Positions 20,449-30,843 of a stretch of 64,000 bases of DNA are shown here, in pieces; the stretch's first letter is position 1, and the number at the start of each line of letters is the position of its first letter. Location: assembly GCA_963715985.1 (NCBI GenBank), contig CAVQSP010000011.1, positions 128,001-192,000 of the forward strand. Reading direction: 5' to 3'. Both the position numbers and the translations under genes were made by a program. This stretch comes from an uncultured Thermoleophilia bacterium (GTDB lineage: Bacteria; Actinomycetota; Thermoleophilia; UBA2241). The notes beneath the pieces were generated by a model. It worked only from the letters and a program-made list of their open reading frames with translations, was not told the origin of the DNA and searched no databases.

Positions 20449-22428
20449 ATGAACGAGGCGCCGGTCACGACCAGCCGTACGGCCATGGCCACCATCACCT
20501 TCACGCCCTCGGGCGAGACGGTGGAGGTGCCGGCCGGCACCAGCCTGCTCGACGCGGCCATCCTCTGCGAGCTGGACGTCCCGGCGCCGTGCGCCGGGCA
20601 GGGCCGCTGCGGCCGCTGCCGCGTGCGCGTGCTCAGCGGCGACGTGGAGCGGCGCAGCAACGCCGGCCTCGAGACGGCCGAGATCCTGGACGGCTGGGCC
20701 GTGGCCTGCCAGACGTACGCCAGGGGCTCGGCCGAGGTGGAGGTGCCCGACCGGCGCAAGGAGAAGGTGCGCCCGCACGGGCACGCCGTGGCCGAGCCCG
20801 AGTCGCTGCCGCTCAGCTGCGACTGGCGGCAGAACCCGGCGGTGCGGACCTTCGAGCTCGAGATCGACCCGCCCACGCTCGACGACCAGACCAGCGACTT
20901 CGACCGCCTGCGTCGGGCGCTGTCGCAGCAGTACGGTCTGGAGGAGATCCGCGCCGAGCTGCCCATGCTGCGCAGACTCGGCAAGGACCTGCGCATGTCC
21001 AACTGGAAGATCAGTGTCACGCTCGAGATGCGCGACTGGGTGTACGGCACGTACCTGCCGCCGCGCCTCATCCGCATCTACCCGGGCGCCTTCAAGCACC
21101 AGAGCATGGGGCTCGCCATCGACCTCGGCACCACCTCGGTGGTCGTGTACCTGCTCGACTTCGGCAGCGGCCGCGTGGTCGACTCGGCGAGCGCCTACAA
21201 CAAGCAGATCTCCTGCGGCGAGGACGTCATCAGCCGGATCATCTACGCCAAGCGCAAGCGCGGGCTGGACCGCCTGCAACACCTCGCCGTGGAGACCATC
21301 AACGAGCTGCTCTCCGAGTTGCAGACGCGCAACGGCATCGAGCTCTACGAGATCCACGAGATCGCCGTGGCCGGCAACACCACCATGATCCACCTGCTGC
21401 TGGGCCTGGACCCGCGCTTCCTGCGCGAGGAGCCGTACATCCCCACCATCGCCTCGGCGCCCAAGCTGGTGGCGGGCGAGCTGGGGCTCAACGCCAACAT
21501 GCTCGCCCGCGTGCACGTGCTGCCGTCGGTGGGCAGCTACGTGGGCGGCGACATCACCGCCGGGGTCATCTCCTCCGGCATGTACGCCACCGACAAGCTC
21601 ACCCTGTTCATCGACATCGGCACCAACGGCGAGATGGTGCTGGGCAACCAGGACTGGCTGCTCTCGTGCGCCTGCTCCGCCGGGCCCGCCTTCGAGGGTG
21701 GCGGCGTCGTCCACGGCATGCGCGCCACCGCGGGCGCCATCGAAGACGTCTTCGTCGACGACGCCACGTGGGAGCCCTCCTTCAGGACGGTGGACGACGC
21801 CCCGGCCGTGGGCATCTGCGGCAGCGGCCTCATCGACCTCCTCGGCGAGCTCTTCGTCACCGGCCTGCTCGACAAGTCGGGGCACTTCGACCTGGAAGCG
21901 GCCACGGCCCGCGTACGCGTGCGCGACGGCGTGCCCGAGTACGTGGTGTGCCGCGCCGGTGAGGGTGGGGCCGCCAAGGACATCTGCCTCACCGAGTCGG
22001 ACGTCACCGGTCTGCTGCGCGCCAAGGCGGCCATCTACGCCGGCTACATGGTGCTGTGCCGCAGCGTCGGCGTAGAGCTGGGCGATGTGGAGCAGTTCCT
22101 CATCGGCGGCGCCTTCGGCCAGTACCTCAACGTGGAGAAGGCCATCCGCATCGGGCTGCTGCCGGACCTGCCGGTCGAGCGCTTCCACTTCCTCGGCAAC
22201 ACCAGCGCCCAGGGCGCCTACTCGGCCCTCCTGTGCGTCAACATGCGGCACGACGTGCAAGACGTGGCCGCCAAGATGACCTACCTGGAACTGAGCGCCG
22301 ACAACAGCTTCATGGACGAGTACACGTCGGCGCTCTTCCTCCCGCACACCGACCTGAGCGTGTTCCCGACCGTGCAGGCTTCGCTCGCCAAGCGCACCAC
22401 CGGTACGGCGCCGCAGGACAGCCCCTGA
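20449..22428 (+). CDS. acsV: ATP-dependent corrinoid reductive activator (ASKHA, RACo/RamA family)
   Basis: N-terminal 2Fe-2S CAGQGRCGRC...C; DLGTT, DIGTNGE, CSAGPAFEG, GICGSG. Confidence 0.9.
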   Translation: MNEAPVTTSRTAMATITFTPSGETVEVPAGTSLLDAAILCELDVPAPCAGQGRCGRCRVRVLSGDVERRSNAGLETAEILDGWAVACQTYARGSAEVEVPDRRKEKVRPHGHAVAEPESLPLSCDWRQNPAVRTFELEIDPPTLDDQTSDFDRLRRALSQQYGLEEIRAELPMLRRLGKDLRMSNWKISVTLEMRDWVYGTYLPPRLIRIYPGAFKHQSMGLAIDLGTTSVVVYLLDFGSGRVVDSASAYNKQISCGEDVISRIIYAKRKRGLDRLQHLAVETINELLSELQTRNGIELYEIHEIAVAGNTTMIHLLLGLDPRFLREEPYIPTIASAPKLVAGELGLNANMLARVHVLPSVGSYVGGDITAGVISSGMYATDKLTLFIDIGTNGEMVLGNQDWLLSCACSAGPAFEGGGVVHGMRATAGAIEDVFVDDATWEPSFRTVDDAPAVGICGSGLIDLLGELFVTGLLDKSGHFDLEAATARVRVRDGVPEYVVCRAGEGGAAKDICLTESDVTGLLRAKAAIYAGYMVLCRSVGVELGDVEQFLIGGAFGQYLNVEKAIRIGLLPDLPVERFHFLGNTSAQGAYSALLCVNMRHDVQDVAAKMTYLELSADNSFMDEYTSALFLPHTDLSVFPTVQASLAKRTTGTAPQDSP

Positions 22429-22444
22429 GACGGAGGCCCGCTGA

Positions 22445-23220
22445 ATGACCACCACCATCGCCGTCGCCGGCAAGGGAGGGACGGGCAAGACCACGCTGGC
22501 CGGTCTGCTCATCCGCCGGCTGGCGGAGGACAAGACCGGCCCCATCCTGGCCATCGACGCCGACCCGGCCAGCAACCTCAACACCGTGCTCGGCCTGCCG
22601 CTCGAGAAGACGGTGGGCGACGTGCGCGAGGAGACCGGCGAGAAGGCGCGCGCCAACCTGCTCGAGGCCGGCATCGCCAAACGCGACCTCCTCGACTACG
22701 AGATCAACGCCAGCGTCGTCGAGGGCGTGGGCGTCGACCTGATCGCCATGGGCCGCCCGGAAGGTCCGGGCTGCTACTGCGCCGCCAACAGCATGCTGCG
22801 CGGCATCATCGACGCCATCGCCGACAGCTACCCTATGGTCGTGATCGACAACGAGGCGGGCCTGGAGCACCTCTCGCGGCGCACCACGCGCGACGTGGAC
22901 GTGCTGTTCATCGTCAGCGACGCCACCGTACGCGGCCTCACCACCGCCGGCCGCATCGCCGCGCTCATCACGCGAGCTGGACACCAAGGTCGGCAAGCAC
23001 TACCTCATCGTCAACCGCGCCGCGGATGGTCTGACGCCCGAGCTCCGCGCGGCCATCGACGAGCACGGCCTGGACCTTCTGGCCGTGCTCCCCGACGACC
23101 CGCAGGTGGCGGCGCTCGACGCCGCCGGCCGCGCGATCGTCGACCTGCCCGGGCGACAGCGCCATGGCTACCGCCATGGGGCCCGTCGTCGACACCGTGC
23201 TCGCCCAGTCGAAGAAGTAG
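22445..23220 (+). CDS. cooC: CooC/AcsF nickel-insertion ATPase; frameshifts near 22970 and 23150
   Basis: GKGGTGKTT, DADP, GPGCYC, DNEAGLEHLSR; continues in shifted frames to TAG at 23220. Confidence 0.88.
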
Positions 23221-23229
23221 GAGGAACCG

Positions 23230-24150
23230 TTGCTCATCATCGGTGAGAACATCCAGATCCTCTCGCCGCCCATCAAGGCGGCCATCGAAGCCCGCGACAA
23301 GGGCCCGATCCAGGACCTGGCGGTCAAGCAGGTCGAGGCGGGCGCCGGCATCGTCGACCTGAACATCGGGCCGCAGAAGAAGCACGGTCACGAGATCATG
23401 CCGTGGATCGTGGAGGCGGTGCAGGAGGTCGTGGACGTCCCGCTCTCGCTGGACACGACCAACTTCGCGGCCATGGAGGCGGGGCTGCAGGTGTGCAAGA
23501 AGCCGGCCATGCTGAACTCGGCGTCGGCCGACCCGGACCGCCTGGACAGCGTGATGCAGCTCGCCGCCAAGTACAACGCGCGCGTCATCGCCCTCACCAT
23601 GGGCGTGGACGGCATCCCCACCACCGCCGACGGGCGCGCCGGCATCGCCATGGAGGCGCTGCTGCCGTCCGCCGAGGCCGCCGGCCTGCCGGTGCAGGAC
23701 GTCTTCCTCGACCCCCTGGTGCTCACGGTGACCTGCAACCAGGACGTGGCCAGGGAGTCGGTCGAGGCCATCCGCATGTTCAAGATGATGGCCGACCCGG
23801 CGCCCACCACGGTGGTCGGCCTCAGCAACGTCAGCAACGGCTGCCCGCCCGAGACGCGTCCGCTCATCAACCGCACCATGCTGGTGATGCTGATGGGTGC
23901 GGGTCTGGACAGCGCCATCGCCGACCCGCTGGACGCCACGCAGAACGCCTGGATCCGTGTGATCGAGGAGCGCGACGACAGCACTCCCCTGGGCAAGCTC
24001 ATCGTGGCCATGTACGACGCCACCGCCGCCATGGAGGATCTCGACCCCGACCTGGTCGACAAGAGCGATCCCGAGCAGGTCGACGTGTACAAGACCTACC
24101 GGATGCTGTGTAACGACGTCATCTACGCGGACTCGTACCTGCGCATCTGA
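23230..24150 (+). CDS. acsE: methyltetrahydrofolate:corrinoid Fe-S protein methyltransferase
   Basis: IIGENI, LSLDTTN, DPLV, GLSNVSNG, LINR...GLDSAIADP pterin-binding motifs; cluster context. Confidence 0.9.
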   Translation: MLIIGENIQILSPPIKAAIEARDKGPIQDLAVKQVEAGAGIVDLNIGPQKKHGHEIMPWIVEAVQEVVDVPLSLDTTNFAAMEAGLQVCKKPAMLNSASADPDRLDSVMQLAAKYNARVIALTMGVDGIPTTADGRAGIAMEALLPSAEAAGLPVQDVFLDPLVLTVTCNQDVARESVEAIRMFKMMADPAPTTVVGLSNVSNGCPPETRPLINRTMLVMLMGAGLDSAIADPLDATQNAWIRVIEERDDSTPLGKLIVAMYDATAAMEDLDPDLVDKSDPEQVDVYKTYRMLCNDVIYADSYLRI

Positions 24151-24213
24151 GGGCTCGCGGGAACGCCGGCGCCGTGCCCGGCACGGTGCGGGGGACGGCG
24201 CGCACGCGACGCA

Positions 24214-24258
24214 GACGACGAGGGGCGCCGGGTCACAGACCCGGCGCCCCTCGTCGTC
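24214..24258. terminator. long hairpin between convergent genes
   Basis: GACGACGAGGGGCGCCGGGTC-ACA-GACCCGGCGCCCCTCGTCGTC perfect inverted repeat. Confidence 0.8.
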
Positions 24259-24279
24259 AAAGTGTGCGCACGGACGGGC

Positions 24280-24453
24280 TCAGACCGCCGCGCCGGCGTC
24301 GACGTCGTCCGCCGGAGGCGTGTAGCTGCTCCACGGGTCGGTCTTGTCGCCGCCCCAGCCGCAGCAGCCGCCGTCGCCCTTGAGCATCTTCCAGGCGAAG
24401 TAGCCGCCGACGCCGAGCAGCACGATCGCAAGCAGGAACAACAGTTTCTTCAT
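24280..24453 (-). CDS. small single-pass membrane protein
   Basis: GGAGG RBS; MKKLLFLLAIVLLGVGGYFAWK...GGCCG. Confidence 0.65.
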   Translation of the reverse strand: MKKLLFLLAIVLLGVGGYFAWKMLKGDGGCCGWGGDKTDPWSSYTPPADDVDAGAAV

Positions 24454-24637
24454 TCGAGTCCCTCCTCCCTTCGGTGTGTGCATCATACCCCGAGCGCAGC
24501 GGTTTAGGCCCGCGGAGGGCCGAGGCAGGCGTGCGCGGAAGGCCGACGCAGGTGTGTTCGGCGCGCCGGTGCCCGGCTCGACACCCTCTCTGCCGGGCTG
24601 GCGCGTGCGCGACGGGCTCCCGTAGGCTCGCGCCGCC

Positions 24638-25069
24638 ATGTGGGTGAGCACACACGTCCTCGCGGGTCTCGCCATCGCCGCCGCCCTCGGCGGGCCGTGG
24701 TGGCTCGTCTTCATCCTCGTCATCCTGGCGCACGTGCTGATGGACCTCATCCCGCACTGGGACTACACCGTGTCGCGGCACCCGCTGGCCTTCGGCGTCC
24801 TGGACTTCGTCGCGAGTCTCGCCGCCTGGCTGATCGCCTGGCTCGTGCTCGGCATGCCCTTCTGGATGGCGTTCATGGGTCCCATCAGCGGCGCCCCCGA
24901 CTGGGACGTGCTGATCGCGGAGATCCGCCGCAAGCCCGAGATCCACTACTTCCCCAGCCACGTGACGAGCTTTCCGCACGGCAAGTCGGGACCGCTGTGG
25001 GGCATCAGCGTGCAGGTCGCCATCATGGTCGCCAGTGTCGCCGTGGTGCTGGCTCTGCGGCCGTATTGA
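24638..25069 (+). CDS. membrane protein, possibly a metal-dependent hydrolase
   Basis: THVLAG, HVLMDLIPHWD, APDWD motifs; hydrophobic. Confidence 0.65.
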   Translation: MWVSTHVLAGLAIAAALGGPWWLVFILVILAHVLMDLIPHWDYTVSRHPLAFGVLDFVASLAAWLIAWLVLGMPFWMAFMGPISGAPDWDVLIAEIRRKPEIHYFPSHVTSFPHGKSGPLWGISVQVAIMVASVAVVLALRPY

Positions 25070-25203
25070 GGGCCGGGACCGGCCGAACGTCCCCATTTCC
25101 CTCTGCGAGGAGTAGAGTCGCGGTGGGCGCAGTGGTGGGGCGCCGCAGCGGCGGCGCCGGCCCCTCGCGCCCGCACAGACGAGAGCGTCGAAGAGGAGGG
25201 GCC

Positions 25204-25662
25204 GTGGCACAAGACTTCGTCATCAAGGAGATCCCGGACCAGCAGGCGCTGACGGTGAGGAAGCGCGTGAGCATGGCCACTATCGGCCAGGCCATGGGCG
25301 AGGCGTTCGGAACGATCATGGCCCACGCGGAGGCGAGCGGCGCGCAGTACGCCGGCCCGCCGTTCTGCTACTACCCGGACGAGATCGGTGAGCAGTTCGA
25401 CGTGGTGGTGTGCTTGCCCGTGCTGCCCGGAGCGACGGCCGGACCCGGCGTGGACCTGGAGACCGTGCCGGGCGGCACCGCGGCGAGCACCGTGCACGTG
25501 GGGCCGTACTCGGCGATGGAGCCCACCTACGCGGCACTTCAGGAGTGGGTGACGGCCAACGGCAAGCGGCCCGCCGGGCCGCCGCGCGAGGTCTATCTCA
25601 ACGACCCCGCAACGGTGCCGGCGAGTGAACTCCTCACCGAGATCATCTGGCCGGTCGCATGA
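25204..25662 (+). CDS. GyrI-like small-molecule-binding protein
   Basis: GAGGAGG RBS, GTG at 25204; HVGPYS...PREVYLNDP...TEIIWPV. Confidence 0.85.
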   Translation: MAQDFVIKEIPDQQALTVRKRVSMATIGQAMGEAFGTIMAHAEASGAQYAGPPFCYYPDEIGEQFDVVVCLPVLPGATAGPGVDLETVPGGTAASTVHVGPYSAMEPTYAALQEWVTANGKRPAGPPREVYLNDPATVPASELLTEIIWPVA

Positions 25663-26285
25663 GCCCTCTCGACCTCGTGCGGCAGCTCAAGCCGCTGTAC
25701 GCGCCGTCGGCCAAGCATCCCTCCATCGTGGAGGTCCCCGAGCTCACCTTTCTGATGCTGGACGGGCGCGGCGACCCGAACACGTCGGAGCAGTACCAGG
25801 ATGCCCTGGGGGCGCTGTACGGCATCGCCTACACGCTCAAGTTCACGCGCAAGAAGGCGGACGCCGAGCGCGACTTCAAGGTGGCGCCGCTCGAAGGCCT
25901 CTGGTGGGCCGACACCGAGCGGCCGGACCTGGAGGAGCTGCAGACGGCGCACGACGCCTGGAACTGGACGATGATGATCGCGCTGCCGGACGACGTCACG
26001 GCCGCCGAGATTGCCGCCGCCGGGGAGGCGGCGGCGCGGCGGCGGCCGTCACCCGCACTCGGCCTCGCACGCCTCCAGCGCTTCGACGAAGGCATGGCGG
26101 CGCAGATCATGCACGTCGGCCCGTACTCGGCTGAGGCGCCCACCATCGAGCGGCTGCACGCGTTCGTCGCCGAGCAGGGCTACGAACTGCGGGGGCGCCA
26201 CCATGAGATCTATCTCGGCGACCCGCGGCGCACGGCGCCGGAGCGACTCAAGACGGTGATCCGGCACCCCGTGCGCGAAGTGTGA
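25659..26285 (+). CDS. GyrI-like domain protein
   Basis: DGRGDPN, PLEGLWW, HVGPY, HHEIYLGDPRR. Confidence 0.85.
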   Translation: MSPLDLVRQLKPLYAPSAKHPSIVEVPELTFLMLDGRGDPNTSEQYQDALGALYGIAYTLKFTRKKADAERDFKVAPLEGLWWADTERPDLEELQTAHDAWNWTMMIALPDDVTAAEIAAAGEAAARRRPSPALGLARLQRFDEGMAAQIMHVGPYSAEAPTIERLHAFVAEQGYELRGRHHEIYLGDPRRTAPERLKTVIRHPVREV

Positions 26286-26313
26286 CGCGCGCGGGCGCAG
26301 CCTGCGGGCTACG

Positions 26314-26472
26314 CTAGCGCCCGCGGCGCCAGAGCACGACGGTGAACACCGCGCCGCCGCCGGCGACGGCCAGCATGAACACGGCGAAGGCGGTGAGGCC
26401 GACCACCCAGAGGGCCGTCGCCACGGCGAGGTCCAGCGCCGCGGCGACGGCCATGAGCTGCCACACCCTCAC
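26314..26472 (-). CDS. small membrane protein
   Basis: Two hydrophobic helices; GTGA overlap with the upstream peptidase stop. Confidence 0.45.
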   Translation of the reverse strand: MRVWQLMAVAAALDLAVATALWVVGLTAFAVFMLAVAGGGAVFTVVLWRRGR

Positions 26473-27833
26473 CGCAGAAGCTCCAGCGCGAGACGCTCCG
26501 CGAAGAGCGCCTGGAACCCCGCGTCGCGCACGCTGATGCGCTCGTCCACGTTGTGATAGCGCTCGGTGACCACTTCGTAGCCCTCCTCGATGTGCGGCGC
26601 GAAGTTGTACGCCACCACTCCGGGGAACCCGGCGCGGAACCAGTTCGAGTCGGTGAACCCCACCGAGTGACTGTTGGCGAGCCGCGCCCCGGGGACGTGC
26701 CGCTGCAGCAGCCTGCGCATGGCCTCGGAGAGCGGGGTGGGAAACGGCGAGGCGTTGCCCCTCACGGCGTGGCCGATCCACTCCAGCTCCCAGGCCGCGT
26801 CCACGCCCGACAGGGCATCGCGCACCTCCGCCTCCACCTCACGCTTGTCGTGTCCCGCGAGCATGCGGCAGTCCACGCACACCTCCACGCGCGTGGGGTA
26901 CACGTTCACAGCCTCGCTGTTGGAGTGCACGATGGTCGGCGAGAAGGCGAACCCATAGAGCGGCTCGATCATGTCGGCGAGCCCGGGGGCGAGCCGCGAC
27001 AACTCCGCGAGCGCGAGCCGCGCGTGCGCGGGGTCGCGCAGACGCCGGCGCAGGCCGGGGTCGTCCACGAGCAGCTCCACCAGGTCGGCGGAGGAACCGT
27101 CCACGACCACGGGCAGCTCGTGCGCCACGAGCGCCTCCACGACGCGGGCAGCGGCCACCACGGCGTTGCCGGACGCAGCGGCACCGAGGCGTGGCCGCCC
27201 ACGCCATGGACGACCAGGCGGAACTGGGCCGTGCCCTTCTCCCCGCTCTCCAGCAAGGTAGACGGGCGCCCCGTCGTGCAGCACGTAGTGCCCGCCGCCC
27301 TCGTTGACCACGTAGTCGGTGCGGATCAGGTCCGGACGGTGCTCAACGAGCCAGCGGGCGCCGCACACCGAGCCCTCTTCCTCGTCGGCGGTACAGGCGT
27401 ACACCACGGTGCCGGCGAACGGCGCCCCGGCGGCCGCCAGGCGCCGCACGGCCACGGCGTGCGCGGCGACGAGGTTCTTGATGTCCACGGCGCCGCGCCC
27501 CCACACGTAGCCGTCCTTGATGAGCCCCGAGAAGGGCGGCACCTGCCACTCGGCAGGGTCGGCCGGCACCACGTCCTCGTGCGCCAGGAAGAGCAGCGAC
27601 GGCCCCGGCCGGCTGCCCGGGAGGCGCAGCACGAAGCTGCGGCGGTGATCAGGCTCGCCCACGATCTCGCCGTGCAGGCCGGCCTCGGCGAACCAGGCCG
27701 CCATGAACTCGGCCACGGCCGTCTCGTTGCCTGGCGGGTTACTCGTGTCGATCTGGATCAGGCGGCTGAGGAGCTCGCTGGTCTCGCGCTCAACCTCCGC
27801 CGTCACCGCCGCGTCGATGCCGACGACGTCCAT
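26469..27833 (-). CDS. M20/M25/M40 metallopeptidase; compensating frameshifts ~27253 and ~27175
   Basis: DTSNPPGNE, HEDVVP, GRGAVDIK, ADEE, YHNVDE; GEKG...GGHASVP lies in an alternate frame. Confidence 0.85.
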   Translation of the reverse strand: MDVVGIDAAVTAEVERETSELLSRLIQIDTSNPPGNETAVAEFMAAWFAEAGLHGEIVGEPDHRRSFVLRLPGSRPGPSLLFLAHEDVVPADPAEWQVPPFSGLIKDGYVWGRGAVDIKNLVAAHAVAVRRLAAAGAPFAGTVVYACTADEEEGSVCGARWLVEHRPDLIRTDYVVNEGGGHYVLHDGAPVYLAGERGEGHGPVPPGRPWRGRPRLGAAASGNAVVAAARVVEALVAHELPVVVDGSSADLVELLVDDPGLRRRLRDPAHARLALAELSRLAPGLADMIEPLYGFAFSPTIVHSNSEAVNVYPTRVEVCVDCRMLAGHDKREVEAEVRDALSGVDAAWELEWIGHAVRGNASPFPTPLSEAMRRLLQRHVPGARLANSHSVGFTDSNWFRAGFPGVVAYNFAPHIEEGYEVVTERYHNVDERISVRDAGFQALFAERLALELLR

Positions 27834-27852
27834 CTGTGACCCCTTTCGTGCG

Positions 27853-29205
27853 CTACAGCGTGCGGGCGAGCGAGCCCATCGGATCCCACGGCGGCAGCAC
27901 GACGGGCTCGCCGTCCAGGAGCGCGAGCACGTCGGCCGGCACGAACTGCCGGTCCACGACCACCTCGAACATGTACTCCTCGAACCAGTCGTCGCTCATC
28001 ACGAAGTAGCCCTTCTCGCCGTACTTCTTGCCCCACGAGTTCTCCACGCGCCACTTGAGCGGGCGCCCGGCCTCGTCCAGATCGGCGCCCGTGAGCACCA
28101 TGGCGTGCGTCATGGCCGAGTGGCCGTAGGCGACGCGCTCGGCCTTGTCCGCCACCGGCGGCACGCCGTAGATGGCCTCGAAGTCGTAGAGGCGGGCGTC
28201 GAGGATGCCCTGCTTGGTCGACCGCATCTTGCCGACGTCACAGCCGAACCAGACGGGGCGGCCGGCCAGGATCATCTCCACGGCCGCCCTGCGGAACGTG
28301 TCCATCGGCACGTTGAGGTAGCGCACCATGTCGCCGCCGCGCACGTTGCCGAGGTACTGCACCGTGTACAGGCGGCCGAACGGCTTGTCCTCGGTGGGGC
28401 AGTTGATCAGGCTCACCACCGAGTCGAGGTCGAAGCCCACGTAGCGGGCGAAGAAGTCCTGCGGCGTGACCACGCCGTCGCGGTGGAAGACGTCGTCCTT
28501 GTCGCGCCACTGCCACACGAACTCGTGCGGAGGGCGCCCAAGGTGGATGGCGAGCACGCGGTACATCGCCTCCAGCATCTCGTCCTTGCGGGCGCGGAGC
28601 GCGGCGGCGGGCTCGCCCGCCGCGTGCCGGCGACGCAACTCGACCGCCCACTCGCGCAGCAGCGTCGCGACGACGGCGTTCATGGCGTTGGTGCTGCCGC
28701 TCGAGTCCGTCTCCGGCATCACGCTCTTGGGCACCACGCCGTACTTGCGCACCAGGTTGGCGAACATGTCCCACTGGCCGCCGTCGCTGATGGGGTCCTG
28801 CAGCAGGAACCAGACGAGCCTGCCGTCGGCGGGCTCGTCCGCAATCTCGATCATCGTCTCGAGGAAGTAGTTCGACTTCTCCAGCTTGTCCCAGAACATG
28901 AGGTGGTTCTGCGAGAGCTCGAACCCCTCGAGGCCGAGGTGGCGGCCGGCCTCCTCGCGGAAGAGGTTGAGGCCGGCGAACAGCCAGCAGCGGCCGCTTT
29001 GCTTCTGGTCGGTGACCGGGCCGGTCTTGATGAGATGAGAGAAGGTCTGATCGGCGCGCACCACCGCGTCGCGGTCGCGCGCCACCTTCTGCAGGTCGTT
29101 GGCCGTCACCGCGTTCAGCAGCAGGCGGTTCCTGGGCTCGCGCGCGAAGGCCTTGTCGTAGCGGCGCACGGCGGCGGCGGTCACAGCGCTGGCGGGTCGG
29201 GTCAC
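27853..29205 (-). CDS. pepC: aminopeptidase C / bleomycin hydrolase (C1B)
   Basis: QKQSGRCWLFA, DGGQWDM, THAM, VENSWG, WDPMG. Confidence 0.93.
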   Translation of the reverse strand: MTRPASAVTAAAVRRYDKAFAREPRNRLLLNAVTANDLQKVARDRDAVVRADQTFSHLIKTGPVTDQKQSGRCWLFAGLNLFREEAGRHLGLEGFELSQNHLMFWDKLEKSNYFLETMIEIADEPADGRLVWFLLQDPISDGGQWDMFANLVRKYGVVPKSVMPETDSSGSTNAMNAVVATLLREWAVELRRRHAAGEPAAALRARKDEMLEAMYRVLAIHLGRPPHEFVWQWRDKDDVFHRDGVVTPQDFFARYVGFDLDSVVSLINCPTEDKPFGRLYTVQYLGNVRGGDMVRYLNVPMDTFRRAAVEMILAGRPVWFGCDVGKMRSTKQGILDARLYDFEAIYGVPPVADKAERVAYGHSAMTHAMVLTGADLDEAGRPLKWRVENSWGKKYGEKGYFVMSDDWFEEYMFEVVVDRQFVPADVLALLDGEPVVLPPWDPMGSLARTL

Positions 29206-29440
29206 GGTGCTCCTTCGGAGTCGGCAGCCGGTCCGGCGGCGGCGAAGGCGTCGCCCGCGCCGCCGCCGGACCCAACTCTACCCCGTCTCGCTCCTGGACT
29301 TCAGCGCGCATGCCTCGGCGGCTACTCGCTCACGACGCGGATGCCGGCGGCGTCGACGCCCGTCGCGGCCGCGGTTCACACGGGCGCGAGTCTTGGGGTA
29401 CACTGTGGCACCGCGGCGCCCTGAGGCGCCCGGCACGTGC

Positions 29441-29533
29441 GGAGAAGTGGCCGAGTGGCTGAAGGCAACCGCCTGCTAAGCGGTTAAGGGGTGTCAAACT
29501 CCTTCCCGGGTTCGAATCCCGGCTTCTCCGCCA
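29441..29533 (+). tRNA. tRNA-Ser(GCT)
   Basis: GGAGAAG/CTTCTCC stem, ACCGC-CT-GCT-AA-GCGGT, long variable arm, CCA. Confidence 0.97.
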
Positions 29534-29580
29534 GTCTCATCCCCCCTCCGCGCACCTCCTCTCCCCGTCACGGAGACGCG

Positions 29581-30060
29581 ATGATCCCGACCGCAGGCTC
29601 GCCCCACTCACACCAGATCGTCGACCTGCGCGCTGTCACCCCCCAGAACTGGCGCGCCTGCGCCGACCTCGAGGTGACCGCCGAGCAGACCGCCTGGGTC
29701 GCGCCGGTGACGCGCTACCTCTGCCTCTGCCACTACGGCGACATCTGGAGCCCGCTGGCGGTGTACGAGGACGACGAGGTCGCCGGGTTCGCGATGTGGG
29801 CCGTCGACCCGGCCGACCTGAGCGGGTGGATCGGCGGCCTCGTCATCGACCGCCGCCGCCAGCGGCGCGGCCTCGGCCGCGCCACCGTCCTCGCGCTGGC
29901 GGAGCGCCTGCGCGCGACGCACGGCTGCCGCTCCTGCGCACTCAGCTACTCCCCGGACAACACGGCGGCCCGCGCCTTCTACGCCTCCCTCGGCTTCGTC
30001 GAGACCGGCGAGATGGAGGACGACGAGGTGGTCGCGCGCCTCCGGCTCGACGGCCCCTGA
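29581..30060 (+). CDS. GNAT N-acetyltransferase (spermine/spermidine acetyltransferase-like)
   Basis: IDRRRQRRGLGR, LSYSPDNTAARAFYASLGF. Confidence 0.85.
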   Translation: MIPTAGSPHSHQIVDLRAVTPQNWRACADLEVTAEQTAWVAPVTRYLCLCHYGDIWSPLAVYEDDEVAGFAMWAVDPADLSGWIGGLVIDRRRQRRGLGRATVLALAERLRATHGCRSCALSYSPDNTAARAFYASLGFVETGEMEDDEVVARLRLDGP

Positions 30061-30178
30061 GACGCGGCCTGAGACCGCGCCGAAGGCGGCCCGGATGGCC
30101 GCGCCCGAGGCGCCGCCCGGAGCCGCCGCTCCCCCGGTTCAGCCCGTCGCCGTTTTCGGGTATACTCTCCCTCCGCGT

Positions 30179-30256
30179 GCGCACGTAGCTCAGTTGGATC
30201 AGAGCGTCGGTCTACGGAACCGAAGGCCGCAGGTTCGAGTCCTGCCGTGCGCGCCA
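30179..30256 (+). tRNA. tRNA-Arg(ACG)
   Basis: GCGCACG/CGTGCGC stem, TCGGT-CT-ACG-GA-ACCGA, GGTTCGAGTC, CCA. Confidence 0.97.
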
Positions 30257-30585
30257 CTTCTTTCCTGCACATCATGTGTTTCGTCGATGCCGTATCCCCT
30301 TGACGAGACAGCGGCTCCGCGTGATTCGTACTCCCCTTGTAGTCCCTCTGTCGTACAGCTCAGGCACATGCTTTCCACTGTGCCTCCGGCAGGTGGGTGT
30401 CAGTTCAGAACGCGGCTCCGGCTCCCGCGCGACGGTGGCTCCGGTAGCTGTGCCACAGCCCTGAGGTCTCTCAGCCGGCGTCAGCCCTTGCTCGATAGCG
30501 ACCCTGCAGGAGCCGGTCAACGCCAAAGCCTATCGCCTGCGGCGCTCCGGGCAGATTATAGTCCGGGGACAGGCGTGGAGGGACC

Positions 30586-30830
30586 ATGATCGCCGCAGCG
30601 TGCGGACCGACGACTCATTGGGCCGGCCGGACGATCACCCGCGAGGGCGAGGTCTTCGTGCGCGAAGGCCACGACCCGTCTCGGCTGCCGGGTTCATCGA
30701 GTGCGACAGGCAAGCGCCTGTTGTCTGGGTAGACGACGGGCCGCGCCACGCTGCGTACCGGGTCCCAACGTGGGCTCGCCGTGAGCAGCCGCCTGTCAAC
30801 GAGCGACCAAGTCGTAGATCGACGCCGTGA
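30586..30830 (+). pseudogene. frameshifted homologue of the N-terminal domain of 33419..34279
   Basis: GGAGGG RBS; MIAAACGPTTHWAGRTITREGEVFVREGHDP / VSAAGFIECDRQAPVVW. Confidence 0.55.
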
Positions 30831-30843
30831 GCATGACAACGAC

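Noticed and set aside
14126-22680. Long antisense ORFs over the acs cluster (and similar ones elsewhere)
   Set aside because: Expected shadow frames in high-GC DNA, opposite well-supported genes
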